Positions 25,172 through 35,348 are shown, counted from the stretch's first letter. The stretch: DNA of 64,000 nucleotides from a bacterium (GCA_965213625.1 CBDBZU010000004.1:1600001-1664000); one strand, 5' to 3'. The notes: a model not told the origin generated them from the letters alone. Program-made: numbers and translations.

Positions 25172-26179
25172 ATGAGCGGCGAAGGAAAGGCGGACAGCGG
25201 GCGAGGCGCCGCCGCAAAGAGCGGGGGATACAGTGTCTACTCCCTCATCGCGTCCGGTTTTTCCAAGTACGGCCTCATCCTCGCGCTCATCTTGTTGGTC
25301 GTCTTTCTCTCCATCACGGCGGAGAACTTCTTCACCGTCTCGAACATGATGAACATCCTGCTCCAGTCGTCTAACATCGGCATCATGGCGGCGGGTCTCA
25401 CGCTGGTCATCATCTGTGCCGAGATCGACCTCTCGGTGGCCTCCATCCAGTCGATGGGCGCGGTCGTCGTCGCCCTTCTGCTCAAGGAATACGGTGTGCC
25501 CATCGTTCCGGCGGTGATCGCCACGCTGATTCTTGGGGTGCTCCTGGGCGGTGTGAGCGGGGTGTTCGTGGGCTGGTTCGCGATTCCCGCCTTCATCCTC
25601 ACGCTGGCGATGGACAGCCTCGCGCGCGGGGGCGCGCTCATCCTGACGGGTGAGCAGTCCATCTTCGGCCTGCCCGAGGCGTTCAGCGTGGTGGGGCAGG
25701 GCTACCTGGGTCCGTTCCCCATGGCCGCCGTCATCATGGGCGTCGTCTTCCTGGCCGCGCACCTCATCCTCTCGCGCACCGTCCTGGGCACGAACATCTA
25801 CGCCGTCGGCGGCAACAAGGAGGCCGCCCGCGTCGCTGGCGTGAACGTCTTCGCCGTCAAGCTGTTCGTGCTCGTCTTCAGCGGCTTCTGCGGCGCGCTG
25901 GCGGGCGTGGTGATGGCTTCGCGCCTCATGGCCGCCCAGGCCATCATGGGCATGTTCGACCTCATGGACGTCATCGCCGCGGTCGTCATCGGCGGCGCCT
26001 CGCTGCTGGGCGGTGAGGGGCGCATCATCGGCACCGTCATCGGCACGCTCATCATCGCGTGCATCAGAAATGGCCTGAACCTCCTGGGTATAGCCGCCGA
26101 TTGGCAGTTGCTGGCGGTCGGGGGGATCATCATCCTCGCCGTCCTGCTCGACTACGTGGGGAAAAAGCGCACGGCTTGA
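25172..26179 (+). CDS. Sugar ABC transporter permease (RbsC-like)
   Basis: IDLSV, YAVGGN.EAAR, IAAVVIGG. Confidence 0.93.
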   Translation: MSGEGKADSGRGAAAKSGGYSVYSLIASGFSKYGLILALILLVVFLSITAENFFTVSNMMNILLQSSNIGIMAAGLTLVIICAEIDLSVASIQSMGAVVVALLLKEYGVPIVPAVIATLILGVLLGGVSGVFVGWFAIPAFILTLAMDSLARGGALILTGEQSIFGLPEAFSVVGQGYLGPFPMAAVIMGVVFLAAHLILSRTVLGTNIYAVGGNKEAARVAGVNVFAVKLFVLVFSGFCGALAGVVMASRLMAAQAIMGMFDLMDVIAAVVIGGASLLGGEGRIIGTVIGTLIIACIRNGLNLLGIAADWQLLAVGGIIILAVLLDYVGKKRTA

Positions 26180-26182
26180 GAC

Positions 26183-26504
26183 GGTTGTTGAAAAAGTCCT
26201 CGTCGGGGGACATTGCCTTTAGCGGGAAGGCCGCTTTCGCGCGAACCCCCGACCTCCCATGTCGGAAGCAACCCCCCCTACCCCCCCCTTGTCAGGGGTC
26301 AAACGCGAGTGAGGAACGAGCGTTTGCATAAGCCATTGACGAGAAACACATCGGCTCGCAAAACCTCCCTCTTCGGTCGGTTTTGACCCTGACAAGGGGG
26401 GGTAGGGGGGGGTGGGTTTCCAGTGGAGAGGTGCGTCCCCTCCATCCCTTGAAAAGGGTATTTTTTCAACAACTCCTTGTCAGGGGGGCTTCTTCAACAA
26501 CCCC
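26183..26504. repeat. MITE/REP-like element related to the one at 14.5 kb
   Basis: GGTTGTTGAAAAA (26183) / TTTTTTCAACAAC (26461); internal long IR CCCCCTACCCCCCCCTTGTCAGGGGTCAAA / TTTGACCCTGACAAGGGGGGGTAGGGGG. Confidence 0.7.
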
Positions 26505-26652
26505 GCGTAGGGCGGCCTTCAGGAGCGTCCTTGCGCGCCGAGGAGCGCTGGCCGCCGCCCGCATTTAGGGGTGGATATCCCCCCCGTTTTTGGCTTTTCC
26601 TCACGAGCCGCTGGTGTATACTGGCCTCTGGAACCGCCGCCGGAGGCGTGAG

Positions 26653-28506
26653 ATGTCCGAATCCAGCAATCCCGAGCCGAGCACCCAGGAGAAGCAGGGG
26701 TTTTACTGCTCCATCGTTTTCAAGAGCCTCATTCTCGTCCTGATCATTCTCATCGTCGCCATCGTTCCGATGTCCTACCGCTACTATCAGTCGAGCTACA
26801 ATTACGAGCTCAACGTGCTCTCGGCCAGGCTCGAGTTCATTGCCGAGCGCGGTTCCGCCTTGATTGATGCGGAAGCCGTTCACAGCCTGCGGCTGCCGAG
26901 CGACAAGAATACCCCCGAATACAGGGAGGTGCTCGCCGCGCTCAGGCGCATCAAGCGGAACTCGGGCGTGGACAACGCCATTATCATGCGCAGACGCGCC
27001 GATGGAAGCTACGGATACGTCGCCGCCGCGCACGACGGGTTCCAAATCGGCCAGGACGCCCATATCCACAAGCTCTTCCCGGCCACCTACAAGGCCACGA
27101 ACGACACCTGGAACAAGGGCGAGATGATGCGCTCCCGGCTCTTCGGCGGAAAGGTGGGGGACCGCGAGTTCGACAAGTTCTTGCAACTCAACACGCCGCT
27201 CAAGCTGAACGGCAAGGTGGTGGCCATCCTGGTGCTCAACAAGATTGCGAACCCCGTTGCCGAGCAGGTGGCGACGAACACCTTCAAGCTGCTGCGCTTC
27301 ACCATCATCCTGGTCGCCCTTGGCCTCATCCTCTTCTGGCTCATCTCCTCACGGATGCTGCGCCTGATCAGGAACCTAACGAGCGCGGCGGAAGAGGTGA
27401 GCCAGGGGAATCTCGACGTCACGGTTCCCGCTAAGAGGAGCCACGACGAGGTGGGCCGCCTGGCCACTTCGTTCGAGGGCATGATCGATGGCCTGAAACA
27501 GCGCGATTTTATCCGCGACACATTCGGACGCTACATCAGCAAGGAGATCGTGGACGAACTCCTGAACTCGCCCGATGGCCTCAAGCTCGGCGGCGAGGTG
27601 CGCGAGGTGACTTTCCTGGTCTCGGACTTGCGGGGGTTCACCGCGCTCTCCTCTCGCCTTGAGCCGCACGAGGTCATCGAGGTCGTGAACCGTTTCCTGG
27701 AGCCGATGGTGGACATCATCACCAGACACCGGGGCACGGTGGATGAGTTCCAGGGCGACGGTATTCTCGCGTTCTTCGGCGCGCCGCTCGCCGAGCCCGA
27801 CGACTCGGCCCGGGCCGTGGCCTGCGCCGTGGAGATGCAGCGCGCCCTCGTCGAAATCAACGAGGAGCAGCGCAAGCGCGGCATGCCCGATCTTCACATG
27901 GGGATCGCCATCAACACGGGCGAGGTGATCGTCGGCAACATCGGTTCGGAAAAACGCACCAAGTACGGCGCGATGGGCACGGCCATCAACATGGCCTACC
28001 GCATCGAGTCCTACACCGTGAGCGGGCAGGTGCTCATCAGTATGGATACGTATCAGAAAATGGCGGAATTCGTTCAGGTGGGCGATACCCAGGATCTGCG
28101 CTTCAAGGGGCTGGGTGAGCCGGTTCGCGTCTACGAGGTGCGGGGGATGTCGGGGCCTTATGCGTGTGAGATGCCCGAGGCCGCGCCCGAGGTGTTCGTG
28201 GACCTCGCTGCACCGGTCGAGGTGCGGATGTTCGCGGTCGAGGGGAAGACGGTGTCGGACGAAGCCGTGCGCGCCGGGGTCGAGCGTGCTTCCGAGAATT
28301 GTCTGGACGTGGAGGCGGATGCTCCCTTTGAGAGGAACGCGAATCTCATGCTGCGGATGGCGGAAGAAACGGAAGTTTCAGACGTCTACGCGAAGGTCGT
28401 CGAGGCGGACGGGGCGAGATTGATGCTGCGCTTTACCTCCCTGCCCGATGACGCCAAGGCGTATTTCGAAAAGGTCAGGGCATCAGCCGCGCAATCGAGC
28501 ACGTAG
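26653..28506 (+). CDS. Membrane class III adenylate/guanylate cyclase (sensor-HAMP-cyclase)
   Basis: Two TMs, HAMP (DEVGRLA), SDLRGFT, FQGDG, GNIGS. Confidence 0.92.
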   Translation: MSESSNPEPSTQEKQGFYCSIVFKSLILVLIILIVAIVPMSYRYYQSSYNYELNVLSARLEFIAERGSALIDAEAVHSLRLPSDKNTPEYREVLAALRRIKRNSGVDNAIIMRRRADGSYGYVAAAHDGFQIGQDAHIHKLFPATYKATNDTWNKGEMMRSRLFGGKVGDREFDKFLQLNTPLKLNGKVVAILVLNKIANPVAEQVATNTFKLLRFTIILVALGLILFWLISSRMLRLIRNLTSAAEEVSQGNLDVTVPAKRSHDEVGRLATSFEGMIDGLKQRDFIRDTFGRYISKEIVDELLNSPDGLKLGGEVREVTFLVSDLRGFTALSSRLEPHEVIEVVNRFLEPMVDIITRHRGTVDEFQGDGILAFFGAPLAEPDDSARAVACAVEMQRALVEINEEQRKRGMPDLHMGIAINTGEVIVGNIGSEKRTKYGAMGTAINMAYRIESYTVSGQVLISMDTYQKMAEFVQVGDTQDLRFKGLGEPVRVYEVRGMSGPYACEMPEAAPEVFVDLAAPVEVRMFAVEGKTVSDEAVRAGVERASENCLDVEADAPFERNANLMLRMAEETEVSDVYAKVVEADGARLMLRFTSLPDDAKAYFEKVRASAAQSST

Positions 28507-28595
28507 GGTATTCTCGCTTCACACCGAATAGGGGTTTTGAACGAGTCCTGATTCCGTGATTTGGCGTATGGAGCCGACCGGGGAGGGGGTTCTTC

Positions 28596-28806
28596 GTAGT
28601 GACAGCCCCTCCACGGGGCTGTCACGCAGGTCACGACCTGTCCCTACAAGAGGCAGTGCGGTTTTGTTCGTCATTCCGGCGAAAGCCGGAATCCATTTTG
28701 ACTTTGTTTTTATTTTCTGATTGTTTCCCGCTAATGATGGGGAGACGCAAAGCCGGTGTATTGTCATTCTGCTTTAGAATAGATTCCGGCTTTCGCCGGA
28801 ATGACG
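28596..28806. repeat. Cluster of REP-like palindromes
   Basis: Inverted pair CGTCATTCCGGCGAAAGCCGGAATCC (28669-28694 / 28782-28806); GTAG-type palindromes at 28596-28647. Confidence 0.75.
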
Positions 28807-28880
28807 GTGGTGGGCAATTGCGGCCGGGGAGAGTTCTTCAACAACCTCGAATAAAAGAGGCTGCGCATTCGCGTGAACGA

Positions 28881-28912
28881 AAAACCCCGGGGACGCATCC
28901 CCGGGGTCTTTT
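28881..28912 (-). terminator. Intrinsic terminator of amtB (bidirectional)
   Basis: accccgggga / tccccggggt hairpin flanked by A and T runs. Confidence 0.75.
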
Positions 28913-28922
28913 CCTGTACGGC

Positions 28923-30206
28923 CTAGCGTTCGTAGGCCGATTCGTTGTGCATCATGAGGTCGAGACCGCCGGATTCCTCGTTGGCGTCGGCTCTCAGGCC
29001 CACCATGGCGTCCACGATTTTGAGCAGGATGAAGGAGACGACGCCCGAATAGACGAGCGTGGCGATGACGCTCACGAACTGGATCCAGAGCTGTCTGCCC
29101 ATGCCGACGCCCTCGGCGAAGCCGACGCCGCCGAATCCCTCGGCGACGAATACGCCGGTCAGTATCGCGCCGATGATCCCGCCGACGCCGTGCACGGTGA
29201 ACACGTCGAGAGAGTCGTCCACCTTGAGCACCTGTTTCATGTAGTTGGTGGCGGCGAAGCAGCCAAGGCCCGCTATTGCGCCGAGCAGCAGCGCACCCAT
29301 CGGCCCCACGAAGCCCGAAGCAGGCGTTATGCCGACGAGGCCCGCCACCATGCCGGTAACGATGCCGAGCACACTCGCTTTGCCGTGCTTGATCCACTCC
29401 GCGAACATCCATGCGAGAGCGCCCGCCGCCGAGGAGATGTGCGTCACGAGCATGGCCATGCCCGCCGCGCCGTCGGCCGCAAGCGCGCTGCCGGCGTTAA
29501 AGCCGAACCAGCCGACCCACAGGATGCCCGCGCCCGTCACCGCCATGGGCAGGTTATGGGGCAGCATGGCCGTGTTGGGAAATCCGTGCCTCGGTCCGAT
29601 CAGGAGGGCGGCCACAAGAGCAGCGACGCCGGAGTTGATGTGCACCACCGTGCCGCCCGCGAAATCGAGCGCGCCCATCTCGCCGAGCCATCCGCCGCCC
29701 CACACCCAGTGGGCCACCGGCGCGTAGACGAGGATCACCCAGGCGATGGAGAAGATGAACATGGCCGAGAACCGCATCCGTTCGGCGAAGCTGCCCACGA
29801 TCAGCGCGGGCGTGATGATGGCGAATGTGAGCTGGAACATGGCGAAGACCGTCTCGGGAATGTTGCCCGAGAGCGATTCCACGCCCACGCCTGCGAAGAA
29901 CGCCTTGCCCAGTCCGCCGATGAAGGCGTTGCCGGCTTCGAACACCAGGCTGTAGCCGACGATGAGCCAGACGATGGACACGGCGCAAGCGATGGAGAAG
30001 CACTGCATCAGCACCGAGAGCACGTTTTTCGCGCGCACGAGACCACCGTAGAATAGCGATAGGCCCGGAAGCGTCATGAACAGGACGAGGGCGGTCGACG
30101 TCAGTATCCAGGCGGTGTTCCCGGTATCGAGTTTATCGGCCGCGAATGCGACCCCCGGGGCCAGTGTAAGCGCCGTGGCCCAAAGGACCAACACAAAGCG
30201 TTTCAT
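28923..30206 (-). CDS. amtB: Ammonium transporter
   Basis: FQLTFAIIT, DFAGGTVVH, GWFGFNAGS, DDSLDVFTVHG. Confidence 0.97.
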   Translation of the reverse strand: MKRFVLVLWATALTLAPGVAFAADKLDTGNTAWILTSTALVLFMTLPGLSLFYGGLVRAKNVLSVLMQCFSIACAVSIVWLIVGYSLVFEAGNAFIGGLGKAFFAGVGVESLSGNIPETVFAMFQLTFAIITPALIVGSFAERMRFSAMFIFSIAWVILVYAPVAHWVWGGGWLGEMGALDFAGGTVVHINSGVAALVAALLIGPRHGFPNTAMLPHNLPMAVTGAGILWVGWFGFNAGSALAADGAAGMAMLVTHISSAAGALAWMFAEWIKHGKASVLGIVTGMVAGLVGITPASGFVGPMGALLLGAIAGLGCFAATNYMKQVLKVDDSLDVFTVHGVGGIIGAILTGVFVAEGFGGVGFAEGVGMGRQLWIQFVSVIATLVYSGVVSFILLKIVDAMVGLRADANEESGGLDLMMHNESAYER

Positions 30207-30579
30207 CTTTTTGAACCTCCTTTAGAAGTTGGAACAATAATCCGAAAAGTGTTTTCCGCTCAGGTTTGAGGCGCCGTCTTCCGCCGCGTGGAGGGAAATT
30301 TAATCAATCCCGCCACGTCCCAGCGGTGTTCAACCGACGTCTTCGGGCTTGATTCTCGTCGTGATTCGACGCATAAACGTATCTCCTTGAGATGGTCTCG
30401 CGCCCCGGTGGGCGCCGAAACCAGCCATTGAGTCAAGGAAAATAGGGATTCCTTGCGGGGGAAACCCCCAATCGTCTCCAGAACAGTCCTGGGCGTTGGA
30501 AGAGCTATCCCCTACTATACCACCAGCAGCACCGGGTGTGTAGCGTGCGCCCGATTTCAAAAGGAGCTTTGCGGACGCC

Positions 30580-31065
30580 ATGCCTTCATTCGACATTGTT
30601 TCAAGGACGGATTTACAGGAAGTCGACAACGCGATCAATGGGGTGCGCCGGGAAATCGCCCAGCGCTTCGATTTCAAGGGGTCGAAATGCGCGCTCGATC
30701 GGAAAGATACGGAGGTCACCCTGCTGGCCGACGACGATTTCAAGCTCAGGCAGATGCACGATCTGGTGCATACCCATTTAACGAGACGTAAGGTGGATCT
30801 GCGCGCGCTCGACTTCAAAGACCCCGAATCCGCCGCAGGCGGCGCGCTCCGGCAGGCCATTCTCGTGAAGCAGGGCGTGGATCAGGATTCGGCGCGAGAG
30901 ATCGTCAAGAAGGTGAAGGCGACGAAGATGAAGGTGCAGGTCGCGATTCAAGGCGATCAGCTGAGAGTGAGCGGCAAGAAGCGCGACGACTTGCAGCAGG
31001 TGATATCCCTCTGCCGGGAGCTCGACCTCAAACTCGCGCTTCAATTCGAGAACATGCGCGATTAG
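30580..31065 (+). CDS. yajQ: YajQ nucleotide-binding protein
   Basis: MPSFDIVS, RFDFKG, GKKRDDLQ, LQFENMRD. Confidence 0.96.
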   Translation: MPSFDIVSRTDLQEVDNAINGVRREIAQRFDFKGSKCALDRKDTEVTLLADDDFKLRQMHDLVHTHLTRRKVDLRALDFKDPESAAGGALRQAILVKQGVDQDSAREIVKKVKATKMKVQVAIQGDQLRVSGKKRDDLQQVISLCRELDLKLALQFENMRD

Positions 31066-31074
31066 CGCCTGAGC

Positions 31075-31127
31075 GCGCATTTCCCCGCATTTGCGCGTCA
31101 TGGCTCACAGGCCCCATCCCCTATATT
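31075..31127 (+). promoter_or_regulatory. Shared late-type promoter, copy 3 (terminase/portal module)
   Basis: GCGCATTTCCCCGCATTTGCGCG (31075-31097); TATATT at 31122 (+35). Confidence 0.75.
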
Positions 31128-31178
31128 CCTCCTTCGTGAGGATGCGCGCGGCATCCTTGGACTGGAGGAGTTCCGGCT

Positions 31179-32237
31179 TTGCGCAAATCCCGGAAAATCA
31201 ATCGAGCGCCCGGCATGGCCCTTGCGGCCTGCGGGACCTCGCGTTTTTCGGGCGAGGCGCGTGGACTGGCCCGGTTTCTGACGAGCGAGATGTCGACCGA
31301 CTCGGGCGCTTTCACCCTCGAGGGCAGAGAGGCGTTTTCGGAGATCATCGCCGCGCTCGATGAAATCCTTGGAAAACGCACGCCCGATCAAACCATCAGT
31401 GTCCTGAAGGGCGCGCAGGTGGGCATGACCACCCTCGCCATCGGTTTTGCGCTCTACTGCGTCATCGTCCACCGCCTGAACGTGGGCTATTTTCTGCCCG
31501 ATCAGGATTTTGCGGATCGCTTCGATCAGACGCGCGTACGCCCGGCGCTCAGACACGAGAGAATCGCCTCAATCATGCGCGAGGGGAAATACAGGGGCGC
31601 ATCGCCTAAGGGCTTGAAGGAGTTCCCCGGCCGCGGGGGCTCGCGTTTTCTCTACATACTGGGTCTCAAGGACATCGGCAACGCCATATCCATCCCGCTC
31701 GACGTGCTTGTCCGCGACGAGGTGGACGACTTGCCCGCGGACAACCTCAAGTGGTCGAACGACCGCATCGACGCCTCACCCCTCGCCCTGACGCTCAACC
31801 TCGCCGTCGGCAGAACCCCGGGTGCTGGCATTCACGCCATGTACGAGGCGGGTGACAAGAGGCGCTGGCATGTGAGGTGCCCGGCGTGTCATGTGGAGAT
31901 TGTCCTGGAGGAGAACTGGCCGAAAATCTTTAGCGGCGATGCGCTCGCCTGTCCGGCTTGCGGCGGCGCGCTCGAGCGGGGCGCGGGGCGGTGGGAGGCC
32001 GCGCGGGTGAACCCCCGGCACAGGAGCTACCGTCTCTCCCAACTCGCTATCGGCGCGGTGCGTCTCGAACGCATCGCGGCGAAATGGGCCGCCGCCCGCC
32101 TCCCGAGCGAAAAGGCGCGCTTTAGCTGCTCGGCCCTCGCCACCCCCGATGCGGGCGACACCCGGCCGATCTCGCAAGATTTGCTCAGGAAGCTGCGCGA
32201 CGCTGCACCGTATCGCCTGGCGGAGGCGCCTGTATGA
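31179..32237 (+). CDS. Terminase large subunit, ATPase half (lambda GpA-like)
   Basis: KGAQVGMT Walker A, VLVRDEVD Walker B, two CPAC zinc motifs; GGAGGAG SD before TTG. Confidence 0.82.
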   Translation: MRKSRKINRAPGMALAACGTSRFSGEARGLARFLTSEMSTDSGAFTLEGREAFSEIIAALDEILGKRTPDQTISVLKGAQVGMTTLAIGFALYCVIVHRLNVGYFLPDQDFADRFDQTRVRPALRHERIASIMREGKYRGASPKGLKEFPGRGGSRFLYILGLKDIGNAISIPLDVLVRDEVDDLPADNLKWSNDRIDASPLALTLNLAVGRTPGAGIHAMYEAGDKRRWHVRCPACHVEIVLEENWPKIFSGDALACPACGGALERGAGRWEAARVNPRHRSYRLSQLAIGAVRLERIAAKWAAARLPSEKARFSCSALATPDAGDTRPISQDLLRKLRDAAPYRLAEAPV

Positions 32238-32881
32238 GCGCGGCACCTCGCTTCTGCGGAATCGACACGGGCGATCGCTGCGCGCTTGCCGTGCGCGAAC
32301 GGGGGGAGGATCGGCCCGCCCGGTGGATTTATTTTGAAGCGCCTCCTGTTGAACGCCTCATCGAGCGCTGCCGCGCCGTGTTCTCGGCCCTGGGTGTCGA
32401 GGCCTTCGTGGTCGACGGCGGACCCCATACCCTGGCCGCGCGCGCGGTGTACGACTTGAACCCCGAGGGCGGCTTCATCTGGCGGCACACCGAGGGCGAG
32501 ATGCAGACCAAGGGCGTCTCGTTTCTGGGTGTTGAGCGCCGCCATGTGCGGATGAACCGAGAGGACTTGCTGGATCACCTCGTGGAGGAGTTTCACGAGG
32601 GGGCCGGGCGGGTCTTGCTGCCGCAGCCCGGAGATACAGGGGAGGAGGCGCTACTGGCCGAGGTGGAGCGTCACCTGATGAATTTGAGGAAAAAGCCGCG
32701 CATCCGCTCCTCCGGGGAGACGGTGCTGGCGTATGAGCGGAACGAGAACCATTTCGGCTTCGCCTGCGCCTATGCGCGGCTGGCCGAATCCCTGGTGCTG
32801 AGCGAGGGAATACTGGCCCCACTCGCCGGGGGAACGGTGATGCCGCAGGCTTTTCACAAGCGGATGCTCAAGAGGAGATGA
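32234..32881 (+). CDS. Terminase large subunit, RNase H-like nuclease half
   Basis: FCGIDTG, VVDGGP, ENHFGFACAY; own GGAGG SD and ATGA overlap. Confidence 0.72.
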   Translation: MSAAPRFCGIDTGDRCALAVRERGEDRPARWIYFEAPPVERLIERCRAVFSALGVEAFVVDGGPHTLAARAVYDLNPEGGFIWRHTEGEMQTKGVSFLGVERRHVRMNREDLLDHLVEEFHEGAGRVLLPQPGDTGEEALLAEVERHLMNLRKKPRIRSSGETVLAYERNENHFGFACAYARLAESLVLSEGILAPLAGGTVMPQAFHKRMLKRR

Positions 32882-34233
32882 AAATGGAGAGTGTAAAAAG
32901 GGTGAAGGCAGCCGGGCGGAAATCGGGGGCAGGGAGAAAAGGGGATGCCGCGCAGCGTGCAGGGCGAATGAGCGCAGAGATTGACCCGGATGAGCGAATC
33001 TGGCGGCCTCTGGGGGAGGGGCGCGGCGGAGTTTCGCCCTATGCGCACGCGCGCATGCAGTCGTTGGCGTATGAGTTGTGGCTCACGAACTTGATGGGTC
33101 AGCGCCTCATCGAAATCGTGACGGATCACGTCGTGGGCGAGGGAATAAGCTGGCACGGGGAGGATGAGCGCGCATTAAACGTCGTAAAGGCGTTCTGGAA
33201 CGATCCCGTGAACCAGATGGATATCCGCTTCGAGCGGCTGGTCTCTGAACTCGGCATCTTTGGGGAGCTCCTCCTGCCCGCCGCCGTCTCGCGCTTCGAG
33301 GGGCGCGTCCGGCTGGGCTACGTCAGTCCCCGGCTTATAGAAGAGGTGGTGACGGACCCGGACAACTGCGCTCTGCCCATCGGGGTCGTCCTGCGCGCAC
33401 AGGGGCCGGGCGGTGTGGCTCGTAATGGCAAGCGTATCCGGACGGTGCTGGGTGGCGATCCGCGCGGCTATCTGAGCGCCTCCGCCCAAAAGGAACGCGC
33501 GCGCTTCACGGACGGGGAGGCGTTCCTGTTCCAGATCAACAAGGCGAGCGACGCCGCGCGCGGCGCTTCGGACCTGCTCGCCGCCATCGATTGGATAGAC
33601 ACCTATGAGCGCTTCATCTTCGACACCGTGGAGCGCGCGCGCCTGCAGAACAGCTTCATCTACGACGTCACCCTGAAGGGCGCAGGCCCCGAGAAGATAG
33701 CCGAGTGGCTCGCCGAGAACGGCGTCGCGCCCAAACCCTCGAGCGTGCGCGTGCACAACGAAAAAGAGGAGTGGCAGGCCGTCTCGCCCGACTTGAAAGG
33801 AGGCGAGTCTGGTGCGCAAGGCATCGCAAAGATGATGCGGGGCCTGCTTCTGGGCGGCGTGGGCGTTCCCTCCCATTGGTTCGCCCAGGGAGAGGACGTG
33901 AACCGCGCCTCGGCCGAGTCGATGGATCAGCCCACGCTCAAGAAGATGACGCGCCGCCAGCGCACCGTGCGCCACATATTACAGGCCATGGCCGACAAGC
34001 AGTTGGAAGAAGCCCACCGCGCAGGCGCGCTGCCCGAAGAAGCGCTGCGCTCGGGCGTCTCTCCCGTTCTGCCGGATATCTCCGTCCGCGACACGGAAAA
34101 GATGTCCGAGGCGCTCCTGCGCGTCAGCACGGCGCTGGAAACGGCGACCTCACGCGGCTGGATGAGCGACGATGCCGCCGGCAAGCTCATCACCCACCTC
34201 GCGGGCCAGTTCGGTATGAATCTGGAGGGGTAG
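32878..34233 (+). CDS. Phage portal protein
   Basis: 451 aa, follows the terminase; IFGE, GASDL..IDWID, GVPSHW...NRASA portal-like blocks. Confidence 0.75.
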   Translation: MKMESVKRVKAAGRKSGAGRKGDAAQRAGRMSAEIDPDERIWRPLGEGRGGVSPYAHARMQSLAYELWLTNLMGQRLIEIVTDHVVGEGISWHGEDERALNVVKAFWNDPVNQMDIRFERLVSELGIFGELLLPAAVSRFEGRVRLGYVSPRLIEEVVTDPDNCALPIGVVLRAQGPGGVARNGKRIRTVLGGDPRGYLSASAQKERARFTDGEAFLFQINKASDAARGASDLLAAIDWIDTYERFIFDTVERARLQNSFIYDVTLKGAGPEKIAEWLAENGVAPKPSSVRVHNEKEEWQAVSPDLKGGESGAQGIAKMMRGLLLGGVGVPSHWFAQGEDVNRASAESMDQPTLKKMTRRQRTVRHILQAMADKQLEEAHRAGALPEEALRSGVSPVLPDISVRDTEKMSEALLRVSTALETATSRGWMSDDAAGKLITHLAGQFGMNLEG

Positions 34234-34240
34234 GGGTTCT

Positions 34241-35341
34241 CTAGTCCAAGAACTCCCGCGCAGATTTGATCGGCGTTCCGTCTTTTCTGGTGATGGCTCT
34301 GGTGACGCTCAGGTTGTAGCTCGCCGTCAGGACGGCCTGCATGTGGCGGCCGTGGCCGCCTGCTATGACGATGAGGATGTCTTCGGGCCTCGGGACGATG
34401 GGGGCCATGTCCTCATCCTCATCGAGATTCACGAAAGGAGCGAGCGGCGTCATGTCGAAGCCGCCGCGGTCGCGCATCAGGCGAATCGGCTGGCGCGCGT
34501 TCTCGAAGATGAACTGGGAAACATCGGCCTTCGTCCACCCCTGATCCGAGAGCCATGTGGCGGCTTCCGCGGTCAGGACGAGCATCTGCTCGCTCGGCAG
34601 CCCGCTCCGGTAGACGCCGTTCGCGCCGAGGTGGCTCATGGCCGAAGCCGCCGTGCCCAGGTACTTGTGGGCCGTCTTGCTCACCAGGTCGTTCACGTTG
34701 TGGGGCGACTCCGCGCAGAGCATGGTGACGGCGGAAGTATCGGGCGCAAGGCCTCTATCCACATGAAAGGAGGGCCAGGGGCTTCCCTCCTCGTCCTCGC
34801 CGATGGTGTAGGAGTATTTGCCCGGATGCCCGTGGGTGGCCATGTCCGTCACGCCGGGGATGCCGCCGCCGGCGTTCATCATCAGGAGCCTCACCGCGCG
34901 GCCGAGCGTCGCGTTCGCGCGCCGGCCCTGGCCGAACACGTTCTGGCGGCAGTTGACCTCCAGTTCGTTTCGGATAGGCCCGTGGACGATCATCAGGTGC
35001 GCGCCCGGATGGGTGGTCGTCTGGCGGCCGTAGAGGTTGTAGGCGGGTTCCGTCATGGCCTGCATGGCGGCGATGAGTACGGGCAGGTATTCAGGTTTGC
35101 AGCCCGCCATCACGGCGTTGATGGCGATGACTTCCGCCGTGGCGGGTGCGTTCCGTGGCGGAACATGGGCGATGACGTCGCCCGGCGCGTAGTCCGTGAA
35201 GCGCAATGTTTCTGCGACGCGCTCCTCGGTCGGCGGGATGATGGGCAGCCCGTCCGTCCAGCCCTCCTCGTAGAAGTGCTCGTATATCGCGCCTGCGTCT
35301 TCATCGAGTGCTATCTGGCGGGCGGGTTCTGGCGCGTCCAT
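34241..35341 (-). CDS. Conserved protein typically adjacent to UGSC-family genes
   Basis: GWTDGLPIIPPT, INAVMAGC.PEY, RANATLGRA; ATG at 35341. Confidence 0.75.
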   Translation of the reverse strand: MDAPEPARQIALDEDAGAIYEHFYEEGWTDGLPIIPPTEERVAETLRFTDYAPGDVIAHVPPRNAPATAEVIAINAVMAGCKPEYLPVLIAAMQAMTEPAYNLYGRQTTTHPGAHLMIVHGPIRNELEVNCRQNVFGQGRRANATLGRAVRLLMMNAGGGIPGVTDMATHGHPGKYSYTIGEDEEGSPWPSFHVDRGLAPDTSAVTMLCAESPHNVNDLVSKTAHKYLGTAASAMSHLGANGVYRSGLPSEQMLVLTAEAATWLSDQGWTKADVSQFIFENARQPIRLMRDRGGFDMTPLAPFVNLDEDEDMAPIVPRPEDILIVIAGGHGRHMQAVLTASYNLSVTRAITRKDGTPIKSAREFLD

Positions 35342-35348
35342 GCCGATA

